A stretch of DNA of 64,000 nucleotides from Malacoraja senta. Lineage: Eukaryota. The position numbers and the translations under genes are program-made. Shown piece by piece: positions 1 through 13,014 of the stretch (the stretch's first letter is position 1; each line of letters begins with the position of its first letter). The notes beneath the pieces were generated by a model. That model worked only from the letters and a program-made list of their open reading frames with translations. It made no database searches and had not been told where the DNA came from. The stretch is taken from assembly GCA_038087875.1 (NCBI GenBank), contig CM075989.1:1860001-1924000 (forward strand), read 5' to 3'.

Positions 1-794
1 GGAGGAAACCGGACCCTTCTTCAGATTCCCAATGCAAAATGGGTAGGGTTGGGTTGAAGAGTCCCAACTCGAAACGTCACCTATCCACGTTCTCCAGAGA
101 TGCGGCATGACCCATTGGGTTATTGCAGCACTCTGTGTCTTTTCTTGGGAGCCAATATTGGTCGGCACTGTGTGTGAGGCAATGGGTGAACGGGAGCTGC
201 AGAGATCTGTGTCATGGGCAGGGACAATTTTAATGTCCTCAAGTTTCCAGGGTGGGACTGGTTAGGATTACATTGGGACTCAAGAATAGAAAGGCAAGGG
301 TGAGAGTTTCTGCAACAGGACATGTGAATCAACACACAAAGTAACTGGTCTAACGGATTGCACTGATGTCTGGTGGCAGATGCTGCAGTTCAGATCTAGC
401 AAACAGGCTGCAGGAGGTTCCGTTCAGTGTCAGGACAGGTTGGGAGCAGGAGATTATAAGTTCATAAGTTCGTAAGTGATAGGAGAATCAGGCCATTCGA
501 CCCCTTGAAGTCTACTCCCCATTCAATCAAGGCTGATCTATCTCACCCTCCTAACTCCATTCTCCTGCCGTTTCCCCATAACCTCTGACACCTGTACCAA
601 ACAAGAACCTATCCATCTCTGCATTAAATATGTCCACTGACTTTGCCTCCACAGCCTTCTGTGGCAAAGAATTCCACAGATTCACCACCCAAAGGTGGGG
701 ATCTAAGACACCAGCTTCAATCCTGTGTACATCTTGTTGGAAGAGGTTTCTGCTCCTCTGGACATGGATGCTTTGGATGCCATTGGAGTCTTTT

Positions 795-1095
795 TAGTTT
801 AGTTTAGTTTACTTTAGAGATACAGTGTGGAAACAGCCCCTTCAACACATCAAGTACGTGCCCACCAGCGATCCTTTTACACCAGCACTATCCTTCACAC
901 ACTAGGGATAATTTACAATATTTACCAAAGTCAATCAACCTGCAAACCTGCACATCTTTGGAGTGTGGGAGGAAACCGGAGCACTCGAGGAAAACCTACA
1001 CGGACACAGGGAGAATGTACAAACTCCATATGGACAGCAGGATTGGACGCGGGTCTCTGGCGCTGTAAGACAGCAACTCTATCGCTGTGCAGTCG
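795..1095 (-). mobile_element. HE1-like tRNA-derived V-SINE
   Basis: Reverse complement has a tRNA-like head, a central TCCGGTTTCCTCCCACAC domain and a CR1-type tail ending in (AAACT)n. Confidence 0.75.
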
Positions 1096-1399
1096 TACCA
1101 TCCTCTTTGGTACAAACTCTTCATTGCTGCGTCAAGGCAAGGAAGCCATTGGACAAACTCAGTCACAGATCGAGGTGAGGTGGGGATACCACAGCATATA
1201 ATGGGGATACCACAGCATATAAGACCTTGGAAAGTCAGTATCATCTGGTCAACTTGGAGAGTTTATATTACCGAATGGCCCATATTTGCTGGGAGTGGGG
1301 AGATAACAAGCGGAGGGTTGAATCACCTAGTGAGGCAAATGGTCAATACATCAAACAGTGAAATATCAGTCGGCAGGTGAAGCATTCTCCTTAGTGTTA

Positions 1400-1918
<519 letters not shown>

Positions 1919-2656
1919 TTATATAGTGTGTACAGCAGTGAAACAGGCCCTTCAGCCCAACACTCCCCTGCTGCCCAAGATCTCCCATTTGCTTGAGTCT
2001 GAACCATATCCCTCAAAACCTTTCCTATCCATGTACTTGTCCAAATGTCCCCAAATGCTTGTTATTGTACATGTCTCAACTACTTCCTCTGGCAGCTCGT
2101 ATACCCACCATACACCCACCACCCTCTGTGTGAAACGTTGCCTCTCGTGTTCCTGTTAAATCTTTCCCGCCTCACCTTCAACGTATGTCCCCTGGTTCTC
2201 GACTCCCCTACTCTGGGTAAAAGATTCGAACTATGTTCCCTTGTGAACACCTCTATAATGTCACCCCTCAGCCTCCTGCATTCCAAGGGCTGAAGTCCTA
2301 GGCTACCCGGCCTCTCCCTACAGCTCAAGTCCTCGAGTCATGGCAACATTCCAGTAAATCCTCTCTGCACCCTTTCCAGTTAAAATACATCCTTCGATAG
2401 CAGGGCGACCAAACCCTGAACACAAAACTCCAAGTGTGGTCTCACCACACCGTGCACAACTTTATACAATGTACCTATATCTGTATTCAACTCCTTGAGT
2501 GAAGGCCTCAAGCCTTCTTTACCACCCAATCAACCTGTGAATTGTATACTTGCTCTCCAAGATCACTCTGCTCTATTCCTTTAAAAAACATTCTTAAAAC
2601 CCATATCTATATTAGATCTGCTCTGATAGCTTGTCTGTTTTATACTCAATTTGCAG

Positions 2657-2725
2657 TTCAGTTTCAGTTTCAGTTTCAGTTTCAGTTTCAGTTCAGTTTC
2701 AGTTTCAGTTTCAGTTCAGTTTAGT
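2657..2725. repeat. (TTCAGT)n microsatellite, the tail of a minus-strand Rex1-type 3' fragment
   Basis: Direct hexamer repeat followed by TTTATTGTCA, the reverse complement of the TGACAATAAA end of these elements. Confidence 0.8.
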
Positions 2726-4959
2726 TTATTGTCATGTACAGTGAAAAGCTTTTGTTGCACGCTATCCAGTTGGCGGAACGACAATACATGATTACAATAG
2801 AGGCATTCACAGTGTACAGATACATGATGACTGTTCCAACCAACTAGGAACTAGGAATGTACTATTCAAGAATCAATCTAGCTCTGCCTTAAAAAATATC
2901 CACTGATTTGGCCTCCACAGCCTTCTGTGGCAAAGAATTCAACAGATTCACCACCCTTTGACTAAAGAAATTTCTCCTCATCTCCTCCCTAAAATAACAT
3001 CCTTCAATTCTGAGACCATGACCTCTACTCCTAGACTCTCTCACTAGTGGAAACATCCTCTCCACATCCACTGTATCCATGCCTTTCACTATTCTCTATG
3101 TTTCAATGAGATCCCCCCTCATTCTGCTAGCCTCCAGCGAGTCCAGGCCCAGTGCCGATACTGTTGGAGACATAAGGCGCAGGGACCTCTCTCTTACCGT
3201 GCTACAAATCTCTCGCTTCACCTGTCCTGTCTGTCTCCATCTCCCAGTGTGTCATTATAATCAGTGCAATGACTATTATTAGGCTGTGTACAGATGTTGC
3301 TGTTTGTGTAACTAACCATTTGTTGGTTTAACACATTCATTTGGTGGATGGTTTATTCAGCTGTGTCTGTTGGAATCTTGTAGTCTTTAGACTTTACTTT
3401 AGACTTTAGAGATACAGTGCAGAAACAGGTCCTTCGGCCCACCGAGTCCGCGCCAGCCAGCAATCACCCCACACACTAGCACTATCCTCTAGCTATTGTG
3501 TCATGTTGTGGATGGGTGCCTGACCCAGCCAATATTTCCTGCCCACCCATTCCTGACCTGAGCTTAGTTAAATGTACATTTAACTAAGGAACTGCAGATA
3601 CAGGTTTATAACAAAAAAGACACCAAGTGCTGGAGTAACTCACTGGTCTGATGAAGGGTCCCGACCCAAAACATCCCAAGTTCTCCAGACATGCTGCCTG
3701 ACCCACTGGGTTACTTCAGTACTTTGTGTCTTTTTCCGAGCTTAGTTCATTTTCTCCAAATTGATTCCAATGCATCGATATCCTTCAATAAATAAGGAGA
3801 CCAACAGTATGGACAGTGGTCCAGATGTGGAGATGAATCTCACTGATGCTCTCTCTAACTGAGGTAAGCCCTCCCCAGTTCTGTATTCAATTCCCTTCAT
3901 GATACACAATAACACTCTGGCAGCGTGAATGGTGAAGCAAACACATCACATGCAGAACAGCTCTAGAAAGGAAGGTTGTTAACATTAACTGAGTGCAGAG
4001 CCCTGATAAGGACTGCAGCTTTCTGAATTATTTGCTGTACCTGCACACTAGCCTTTTGTGAATCATGGACTTGGACACCCAGATCTCTCTGATCATTTAG
4101 ATAATGTCCTTCTTTTCGTTTCTTACCAAAAAGGAAACATCCATATTTTCCTACATTATATTCTCCAGGTATGTGCCAGATCATTGGCCATCACATAATC
4201 TATCTTATACAGTCTGTGTTTGTTCCCATCAGAAGTTACTATCTCTGTGTCATCAGCAAATTGAGCAACTATCCCTCTAGTGCCTCCATTGGTAGTGGAT
4301 AGCTGGATTGCCACACTAAACTCCAGGTCTCGACACTCTTTACAACGTGTCAGCCAGGGACAGACACCTTTATGCCCACACTCTCTTTTGTAATTGCAGC
4401 CAATTTCCTGTCCAATCCAGTGTGTCACCTTTTACAAAACAAGCTCTTATTTTCCACACTAATCTTTGACACGGCATCTTATCAAATGTCTTCTGGAAAT
4501 CCAAATACATCCATCAGACCCCCCTCTATCCATGGACTGTGTTCCTGCTTCAAAGAACTTTAATCAATTTCTCAAGCATTGAATCTTTCATTAACCATTT
4601 GGCTTTACCTTTCTTTAAATGTCCATTATCCTGCCTTTAGTGATATAGAGTTTAGTTTAGAGATATAGCATTGAAACACGCCCTTCGGCCCACCGAGTCC
4701 ATGCCGACCATCCATCAGCCGTTCACACTGCTTCTATGCTATCCCACTTTCTCATCCTCTCCCTGCGCACTAGCAACAATTTACTGAGAGCTAATTAACC
4801 TACAAACCAGCGCATCTTTAGGATGTGGAGCACCCAGGGGAAACCCACGCAGTCAAGGGAAGAACATGTAAACTCCACACAGTCAGCACCCGAGGTTAGG
4901 ATCGAACACGGATCTCCGGCATTGTGAGGCAGTGGCTCTGCCTGCTGCACCACTGTGGG

Positions 4960-5497
4960 CGTGAGGTGAGTGTGAGGTGGGTGTGAGATGGGGTGATGGG
5001 GTGTGAGGTGAGTGTGAGCTGGGTGTGAGGGGGTGAGGAGAGTGTGAGGTGGGTGTGAGATGGGGTGAGGTGAGTGTGAGGTGGGTGTGAGGTGGGTGTG
5101 AGGTGGGTGTGAGGTGAGGTGGGGTGAGTATGAGGTGGGTGTGAGGTGGGTGTGAGGTGGGTGTGAGGTGAGGTGGGGTGAGTATGAGGTGGGTGTGAGG
5201 CAGGTGTGAGGTGGGTGTGAGGTGGGTGTGAGGCAGGTGTGAGGTGGGGTGGGGTGAGTATGAGGTGGGTGTGAGGTGGGTGTGAGGCGGGTGTGAGGTG
5301 GGTATGAGGTAGGTGTGAGATGGGGTGAGGTGGGTGTGAGGTGGGTGTGAGGTGGGTGTGAGATGGGGTGAGGGGGTGTGAGATGGGTGTGAGGTGGGTG
5401 TGAGATGGGGTGAGGGGGTTTGAAGTGGGTGTGAGGTGGGTGTGAGGTGGGTGTGAGGTGGGTGTGAGATGGGGTGAGGGGGTTTGAAGTGGATGTG
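4960..5497. repeat. G-rich minisatellite, ~11-bp unit GTGAGGTGGGT
   Basis: Dozens of directly visible, slightly variant copies. Explains the low-complexity P/H/T ORF 4896..5513. Confidence 0.95.
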
Positions 5498-6114
5498 AGG
5501 ACCGTAACCTCAAGCTGAAAGAATTGAGAGGAATAGCAAATGGTTAACAGTGGGAATGGAGAACCGGACAGTGAACATTATGGATGTACAGGACAAGATG
5601 GTCGATTGGTAGTTATTTAGAGATTTGAAACCAACACATGAATGGTAGAGCCAACACATCACATGCAGAACAGCCCTAGAAATAAAGGTTGTTAACATTA
5701 ACTGAGTGCAGAGCCCTGATAAGGACTGCAGATCCAATTGAGAATAAAGCACAGTATAGACTGACAGGGCCGAGTGGCCTGTCTTAAGGTCATAAGATCA
5801 GAAATGATAGGAGTAGAATTAGGCCATTCTTAAGTCTACTCTACCATTCAATAATGGCTGATCTATCTTTCCCCCTCAACCCATTCTCCTGCCTTCTCCC
5901 CATAACCTCTGACACCCATACTTATCAATAATCTTTCTATCCCTGCCTTAAATATATCCACTGACCTTACTGTAAATGGACGTTATGTCCATGCTGTAAA
6001 TTCCCGTGGCTGTGGATATCAACATTATTCAGTGGAATGAGCAAGTGTGATCAATTCTATTAAATCCACAAAGGGTGGCTTGGATAAAATAGGTTGCTAT
6101 TTACTTGAGGTTCA

Positions 6115-6678
6115 TCAGTTCATAAGTTGTAGGAGCAGAACTAGGCCATTTGGCCCATAATGTCCACTCCACCATTCAATCATAGCTCTGCTATCTTTTC
6201 CTCTCAACCCCATTCTCCTCTGCTCATAACCCCTGACACCTGTGTAATCAAGGATCTGTTCATCTCTGCATTAAAAATATCCATTGACTTGGTCCCCACA
6301 GCTGTCTGTGGCAATGAATTCCACAGATTCACCACCCTCTGACTAAAGACATTCCTTCTTTCTAAATGTTGGTCCTTTAAATCTGAGGCTGTGGCCTCTG
6401 GTCCTAGACTCTCCCACTAATGGAAACATCCTCTCCACATCCACTCTATCCAAGCCTTTCACTACTGGGTAAGTTTTGATGAGGTACCCCCTCATCCTTC
6501 TAAACCCCAGCGAGTACAAGCCCAGTGCCGTCAAACACTCATCATATATTAACCCAATCATTCCTGGGATCATTCTCATTAACCTATTCTGGACCATCTC
6601 CAACCCCGGCATATTCTTCTTCCGATATGGGCCCCAAACTACTCACAATACTCCAAATGCAGTATGACCAGCACCTTA
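6115..6678 (-). mobile_element. CR1-type LINE 3' fragment (host of the L2 insertion)
   Basis: Translates to the CR1 ORF2 C-terminus (LGLYSLGFRRMRG...ESRTRGHSL). The sequence resumes after 7598. Confidence 0.8.
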
Positions 6679-7594
6679 CCCACTGCCTCAAGGATATAAA
6701 GTGTTGGATGGCCCAGAATTTCCTCCAACTAAACGAGAGTAAGTCTGAGGTCATCCTTCTCGGCCCCTCGGACTCAATCAAAACGATAGCAGGCAGCCTT
6801 GGAATCCTTACCCCACTACTCAAACCTCATGTCAAAAACCTTGGCGTGATATTTGACTCAGCACTGAAATTTGACAAACAAGTCAATGCCGTGGTAAAAG
6901 CTAGCTTCTTTCAGCTTCAGACGATGGCTAAAATAAAACAATTCCTCCAGTTTGATGACCTCGAAAAGATCATCCACACATTCATCTCCTCCCGCCTAGA
7001 TTACTGCAACTCCCTTTACACTGGCATCAGCCAATCTTCCCTGTCCCACCTGCAACTGGTCCAAAACGCCGCAGCGAGACTCCTGACGGGCACCCGAAAA
7101 AGGGACCACATCACCCCGATCCTGGCCTCTCTCCACTGGCTCCCTGTGCGGTTCCGTATAAACTTCAAGATCCTCCTCCATGTCTACAAAGCCCTCAATG
7201 GGCTTGCCCCCACCTACATAAAAAGTCTTCTCACCCACCACTCCACCTCCAGGCCCCTCAGATCGGCCGACTTGGGGTTGCTGAATATCCCACGGTCTAG
7301 GCATAAGCTCAGGGGCGACCGCGCCTTTGCGGTTGCAGCCCCTAGACTGTGGAACAGCATCCCCTTTCCCATCAGAACTGCCCTCTCCATCGACTCTTTT
7401 AATTCAAGACTAAAGACTTATCTATACTCCCAAGCCTTTCCTGACGTCCTCTGAGTGAGGGCTACATGTATATATGTTTGTAGTTTGTTTTGTTTATTGC
7501 TATTCTTATAACAAATGTAAAGCACTTTGGCCAACGAGAGTTGTTTTTTAAATGTGCTATATAAATAAATGTGACTTGACTTGACTTGACTTGA
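6679..7594 (+). mobile_element. 5'-truncated L2-clade LINE with uninterrupted ORF2 C-terminus
   Basis: Open frame to 7454 (WMAQNFLQLNESKSE...SRLDYCNSL...LHWLPVRFRINFK...RAFAVAAPRLWN). L2-type tail TGTAAAGCACTTTG...GCTATATAAATAAA plus (TGACT)n. Candidate TSD CTTA at 6675-6678 and 7595-7598. Confidence 0.9.
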
Positions 7595-7619
7595 CTTATA
7601 GAGCCTCAGCATTAGCCCA

Positions 7620-7970
7620 GTGGTATGAATATGATTTCTCTAACTTCAAGTAACGCCGCATTCCCTCTCTCTCGATCCCTCCCCCACCCAAGTCGCACCA
7701 GCTTCTCGTTTTCACCCAAGAAACAGGTATGTCCATGCTGTAAATTCCACGTGGCTGTGGATATCAACGTCCACCATTATTCAGTGGAAGTACAATGGCC
7801 TGTTTCCTTTATCATCATTACTTTTTTACATATCTTTTATTCATTGTCCTTTATCTCTCTATTACATCATCTATATCTCTCATTTCCCTTTCCTGTGACT
7901 TTCAGTCTGAAGAAGGGTTTTGACCCAAAATGTCACACATTCCTTCTCTCCAGAGATGCTGCCTGTCCCA
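7620..7970 (+). mobile_element. Penelope-like element 3' end and terminal repeat
   Basis: Same sequence as the 3' end of the PLE at 41690-43476. Ends with the CTGAAGAAGGG...CAAAATGTCAC terminal repeat. Confidence 0.7.
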
Positions 7971-7971
7971 A

Positions 7972-10900
7972 TAGACATTAGACAATAGACAATAGACAAT
8001 AGGTGCATGAGTGTGCCATTCGGTCCTTCGAGCCAGCACCGCCATTCAATGTGATCATGGCTGATCATCCCCAATCAGTACCCCGTTCCTGCCTTCTCCC
8101 CATATCCCTTGACTCCGCTATCTTTAAGAGCTCTATCTAACTCTCTCTTGAAAGCATCCAGAGAAGTGGCCTCCACTGCCTTCTGATTCAGAGAATTCAA
8201 CAGATTCACAACTTTCTGGGTGAAAAAGTTTTTCCTCATCTCCGATATAAATGGCCTACCCCTTTATTCTTAAACTGTGGCCCCTGGTTCTGCACTCCCC
8301 CAACATCGGGAACATGTTTCCTGCCTCTAGCGTGTCCAATCCCTTAATAATCTTATACATTTCAATAAGAACCCTTTGCATCTTTCTAAATTCCAGTATA
8401 TACAAGCCCAGCCGCTCCATTCTTTCAACATATGACAGTCCAGCCATCCCGGGAATTAACCTGCACTCTCTCAACAGCAAGACTCCAGGTGTTGTCTCAC
8501 CAGGGCCCTGTACAACTGCAGAAGGGACTCTTTGCTCCTATACTCAACTCCTCTTGTTATAAAGGCCAACATGCCTTTCGTTTTCTTCACTGCCTGCTGC
8601 AGCTGCATGCTTACTTTCATAGACTGATGTACAAGGACACCCAGACCTCGTTGTACTTCCCCTTTTCCCAACTTGACACCATTCAGATAATAATCTGCCT
8701 TCCCGTTCTTGCCGCCAAAGTGGATAACCTCACATTTATCCACATTAAACTGCATCTGCCATGCATCTGCCCCCTCACCCAACGTGTCCAAGTCACCCTG
8801 CATCCTCATGGTATCCTCCTCACAGTTCACACTGCCACCCAGATTTGTGTCATCTGCAAATTTGCCAATGTTAAGAGCCTGTCCCTCTTGGTCGCGTTGA
8901 GGCGCACGGGCATCGTGTGGTCGCGCCGGGCCGGTCCCACTGAGAAGCGCGGAGGGGTATGTAGTTGTGCGCGACATCGCGCGGGGCTCCGAAATTTTTG
9001 TAGCGAACGAAATCTACACGCGCCAACGGCCTGTCGCGTAACTGACGGCCAAAGTGGGACAGGCCCAAGACCCTGGTGCGACGCAACGTCTCACCTCCAA
9101 CAGCAGCAGAAGCAGGCAATCGATCGCCGAACTCGGCCTGGGGCTCACGGCCGTTGCAGTCCGGATCTGCCCCCACTTCTACTCCCAGAGCGGGGCCAAG
9201 AAAATTGAAGATAGACACAAAATGCAGGAGTAACTCGGCGGGACCGGCAGCATCTCTGGAGAGAAGCAATGGGTGACGTTTCGGGTCAAGACACTTCTTT
9301 CAGACTGAAGAAGGGTCTCGACACGAAACATCACCCATTGCTTCCTACCAGAGATGCTGCCGGTCCCGCTGAGTTATTCCAGTATTATGTGTCCATCTTC
9401 AAATGTCGTCAAGCGCTCCAGATGGCTGTGCGGTCGAATGAAGTCGTGCGCGACCTTCGCGGGACCGTCGCGGATCTACGCGACCACGAGGTCGTGTAAT
9501 TAGCGTGCCAAGGACACGTAAGTGGGACAGGGGCTTTACTTTTAATCCCTTCATCTAAATCATTAATGTATATTGTAAATAGCTGCGGTCCCAGCACCGA
9601 GCCTTGGGTTACCACACTAGTCACTGCCTGCCATTCTGAAAGGGACCCGTTAATCCCTACTCTTTATTTCCTGTCTGCAACCAATTTTCTATCCATGTCA
9701 ATACCCGACCCCCAATACCATGTGTTCTAATTTTGCCCACTAATCTGCTATGTGGGACCTTATCAAAGGCTTTCTGAAAGTCCAGGTACACTACATCCAC
9801 TGGCTCTCCCTTGTCCATTTTCCTAGTTACATCCTCAAAAAATTCCAGAAGATTAGTCAAGCATGATCTCCCCTTCGTAAATCCATGCTGACTCGGACCG
9901 ATCCTGTTACTGCTATCCAAATGTGACGCTATTTCATATATAATAGACTCCAGCATCTTCCCCACAGTCAGGCTAACTGGTCTATAATTCTTGGTTTTCT
10001 CTCTCCCTCCTTTCTTAAAAAGTGGGATAACATTAGTTACCCTCCAATCCACAGGAACTGATCCTGAATCTATAGAACATTGAAAAATGGTCACCAATAT
10101 ATCCATGGCTTCTAGAGCAGCTTCCTTAAGTACCCTGGGATGCAGACCATCAGGCCCTGGGGATTTATCAGCCTTCAGTCCCATCAGTCTACCCAACACC
10201 ATTTCCTGCCTAATGTGAATTTCCTTCAGTTCCTCCATCACCCTAAGTCCTCTGGCCGCTAGTACATCTGGGAGATTGTTTGTGTCTTCCTTACTGAAGA
10301 CAGATCCAAAGTACCTGTTCAACTCGTCTGCCATTTCCTTGTTCTCCATAATAAATTCTCCTGTTTCTGTCTTCAAGGGATCCACATTTGTCTTAACTAA
10401 TTTTTTCCTCTTCACATACTTAAAGAAGCGTTTACTATCCTCCTTTATATTCTTGGCCAGCTTACCTTCGTACCTCATCTTTTCTCCCCGTATTGCCTTT
10501 TTAGTATCTTCTGTTGCTCTTTAAAAGTTTCCCAATCCTCTGGCTTCCCGCTCATCTTTGCTACGTTATACATCTGCTCTTTTATTTTTATACTATCCTT
10601 GACTTCCCTTGTCAGCCACGGTCGCCCCTTACTCCCCTTGGAATCTTCCTTCCTCTTTGGAATGAACTGCTCCTGCACCTTCTGGATCATTCCCAGAAAT
10701 ACCTGCCATTGTTGTTCCACTGTCATCCCTGCTGGGGTCCCTTTCCAGTCAACTTTGGCCGGCTCCTCCCTCATGGCTCCATTGTCCCCTTTGTTCAACT
10801 GTAATAATGACACTTCCGATTTTACCTTCTCCCTCTCAAATTGTAGTTTAAACTTATCATATTATGGTCACTGCCTCCTAATGGCTCATTTACCTTGAAT

Positions 10901-11580
10901 TCCCTTATTAAATCCCGTTCATTACATAACACTAAATCCTCAATTGCCCTCCCAGGTAAGCTCCAGTACAAGCTGCTCTAAGAATCCATGTCAGAGACAC
11001 TCCACAAACTCCCTTTCTTGGGGTCCAGCACCAACCTGATTTTCCCAGTCTACCTGCATGTTGAAATCTCCCATAACCACCATAGCATGATCTTTGCTAC
11101 ATGCTAATTTTAACTCTTGATTCAACTTGCACCGTACATCCAGGCTACTGTTTGGGGGCTGTAGATAACTCCCATTTGAATCATTTTACCCTTACAATTC
11201 CTCAGTTCTATATATACTGACTCTACATCTCCTGATTCTATGTCCCCTCACAAGGGAATGAATTTCATTCCTTACCCCCACCCCCTCTGCCCACCTTTCT
11301 GTCTTTCAATAGGACGCATACCCCTGAATATTCAATTCCCTCTTGCAGCCATGTCTCAGTAATTCCCACGACATCAAACTTGCCAATCTCTAACTGAGCC
11401 TCAAGCTCATCCACTTTATTTCTTATACTTTGCGCATTCATATACAACACTTTAACTTCGGTATTCACCTCCCCTCTCACACCGATCACTATTGGCCCTG
11501 ACCTTATGCTCTTATTCCTTCTCGAACTTCCCTTCCCATTAATTTGGGAGTCTTTTGTAAATTTTCCTCTATTCACTTCC
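7972..11580 (-). mobile_element. Long degraded CR1 LINE (APE endonuclease + RT), interrupted by a MITE
   Basis: YMNAQSIRNK...VVGITETWL (endonuclease), KSPGPDGLHPRVLKE, QHGFTKGRSCLTNL, YLDFQKAFDKVPH, QGSVLGP and KFADDT (RT). (ACAATAG)n tail at about 7972-8000. Confidence 0.92.
8874..9535. mobile_element. PIF/Harbinger-type MITE with an internal TIR pair and a nested PLE palindrome
   Basis: Ends AGAGCCTGTCCC...AGTGGGACAGGGGCT, flanked by TTA at 8871-8873 and 9536-9538. The CR1 sequence is continuous across the insertion. Confidence 0.75.
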
Positions 11581-11721
11581 CCTGTAACTCCATTTTTATA
11601 TTCCAGCTATTTGTGTCTATCTTTAGTTTAAACCGGCATCTGCATTTCCTTCTTACACACTCATCATTACAACCCTGTTTCGGTATTCTAGTCCTCTCGA
11701 AATAAATTAGGTTATCATTAA

Positions 11722-12063
11722 TAGAGTCGTAGAGTGATATAGTGTGGAAGCAGTCTCTTCGACCCAACTTGCCCACACTGGCATCATGTCCCAGCTACAC
11801 TTGTCCCACATGCCTATTCTTGGTCCATATCCCTCCAAACTTGTCCTATCCATGTACCTGTCTAACTGTTTCTTAAATATTGGGATAGTCCCAGCCTCAA
11901 CTACCTCCTCTGGCAGCTTGTTCCACACACCCACCACCCTTTGTGTGAAAAAGTCACCCCTCAGATTCCTATGAAATCTTTTCCCCTTCACCTTGAACCT
12001 ATGTCCTCTGGTCCTCGATTCCCCAACTCTGGGCAAGAGATTCTGTGCATCAACCTGATCTAA
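11722..12063 (-). mobile_element. CR1 3' fragment
   Basis: ESRTRGHRFKVKG...FFTQRVVGVWNKLPEEVV C-terminal motif. Confidence 0.8.
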
Positions 12064-13014
12064 TGGCTGTGGAAAGGGTGTGGAAGAGTGTCAGTAAAGC
12101 TAAACATCCAGTAGTTAGTAAAAGACTAGTTTGTCTGTCTTGCCCCTGACGCCTGCACTCTTTACACCAGCTGCGTGGGGACGAGAGGCAGCCACATACT
12201 GGGAAGGGGAAGTGATTTTGACGGGATATGCGTTCCTGAATTGTGATCAACAGTAAGGCAATCTCCGGATTCATACTGAGCCCTCCCTAATCTGCTCAAA
12301 CATAACCCTCTCAAGCAGCACATTTAACTGGATTATTGGCAGATTTATAATAAAATAGAATTAGGCGGCAGATATGTTAAGAAAAATACATTGTGTCACA
12401 ACAGTGGACTCTTGTGCTCCGTAACCAGCTTCCTATCTGTAATGAGAGGCCATCTTTGTCCTCACTGTGGTAATGTTTTATTAGTTTAGTTTATTGTCAC
12501 GTGTACTGAGGTACAGTGAAAAGCTTTTGTTGCATGGTGACCAGTCAGCAGAAAGACAATGCATGATTACAATCGAGCCGTCTACAGTGTACAGATACAT
12601 GAGAAGGGAATAACTTTTAGTGCAAGGTAAATCCAGCAAAGATAGTCTGAGTGTGGCTAATGAGGTAGATAGTAGTTCAGCACTGCTCTCTAGTTGTGGT
12701 AAGACAATTCCATTGCCTGATAACAGCTGGGAAGAAACTGTCCCTGAATCTGGAGGTGTGTAATCTGCATCAGATTAAGGGGCGACGGCCACTGGCACTT
12801 TCATTGACAGGAGATTCACAATTTCTAGATCAGGAATTAACTCAGTTCTCTCAGAGAAAGACCAGCGTCTCAGGGAAAGACACCAGGTCTGAGGATTCTT
12901 CACCATCACCCTCTGGTGCTCATGCCTGTGTTCCTGGCTGTCACTCTCATAGACAGAGCCGAGAGAGGACAGAGAAAGGTTTCTAACAATATTGGCAGGA
13001 ACGCACGGCACGGA

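Noticed and set aside
1181..1222. 21-bp perfect tandem duplication TGGGGATACCACAGCATATAA
   Set aside because: An ordinary two-copy slippage duplication in intron with no further structure.
4896..5513. 205-aa Pro/His/Thr-rich ORF
   Set aside because: It is the translation of the 11-bp minisatellite.
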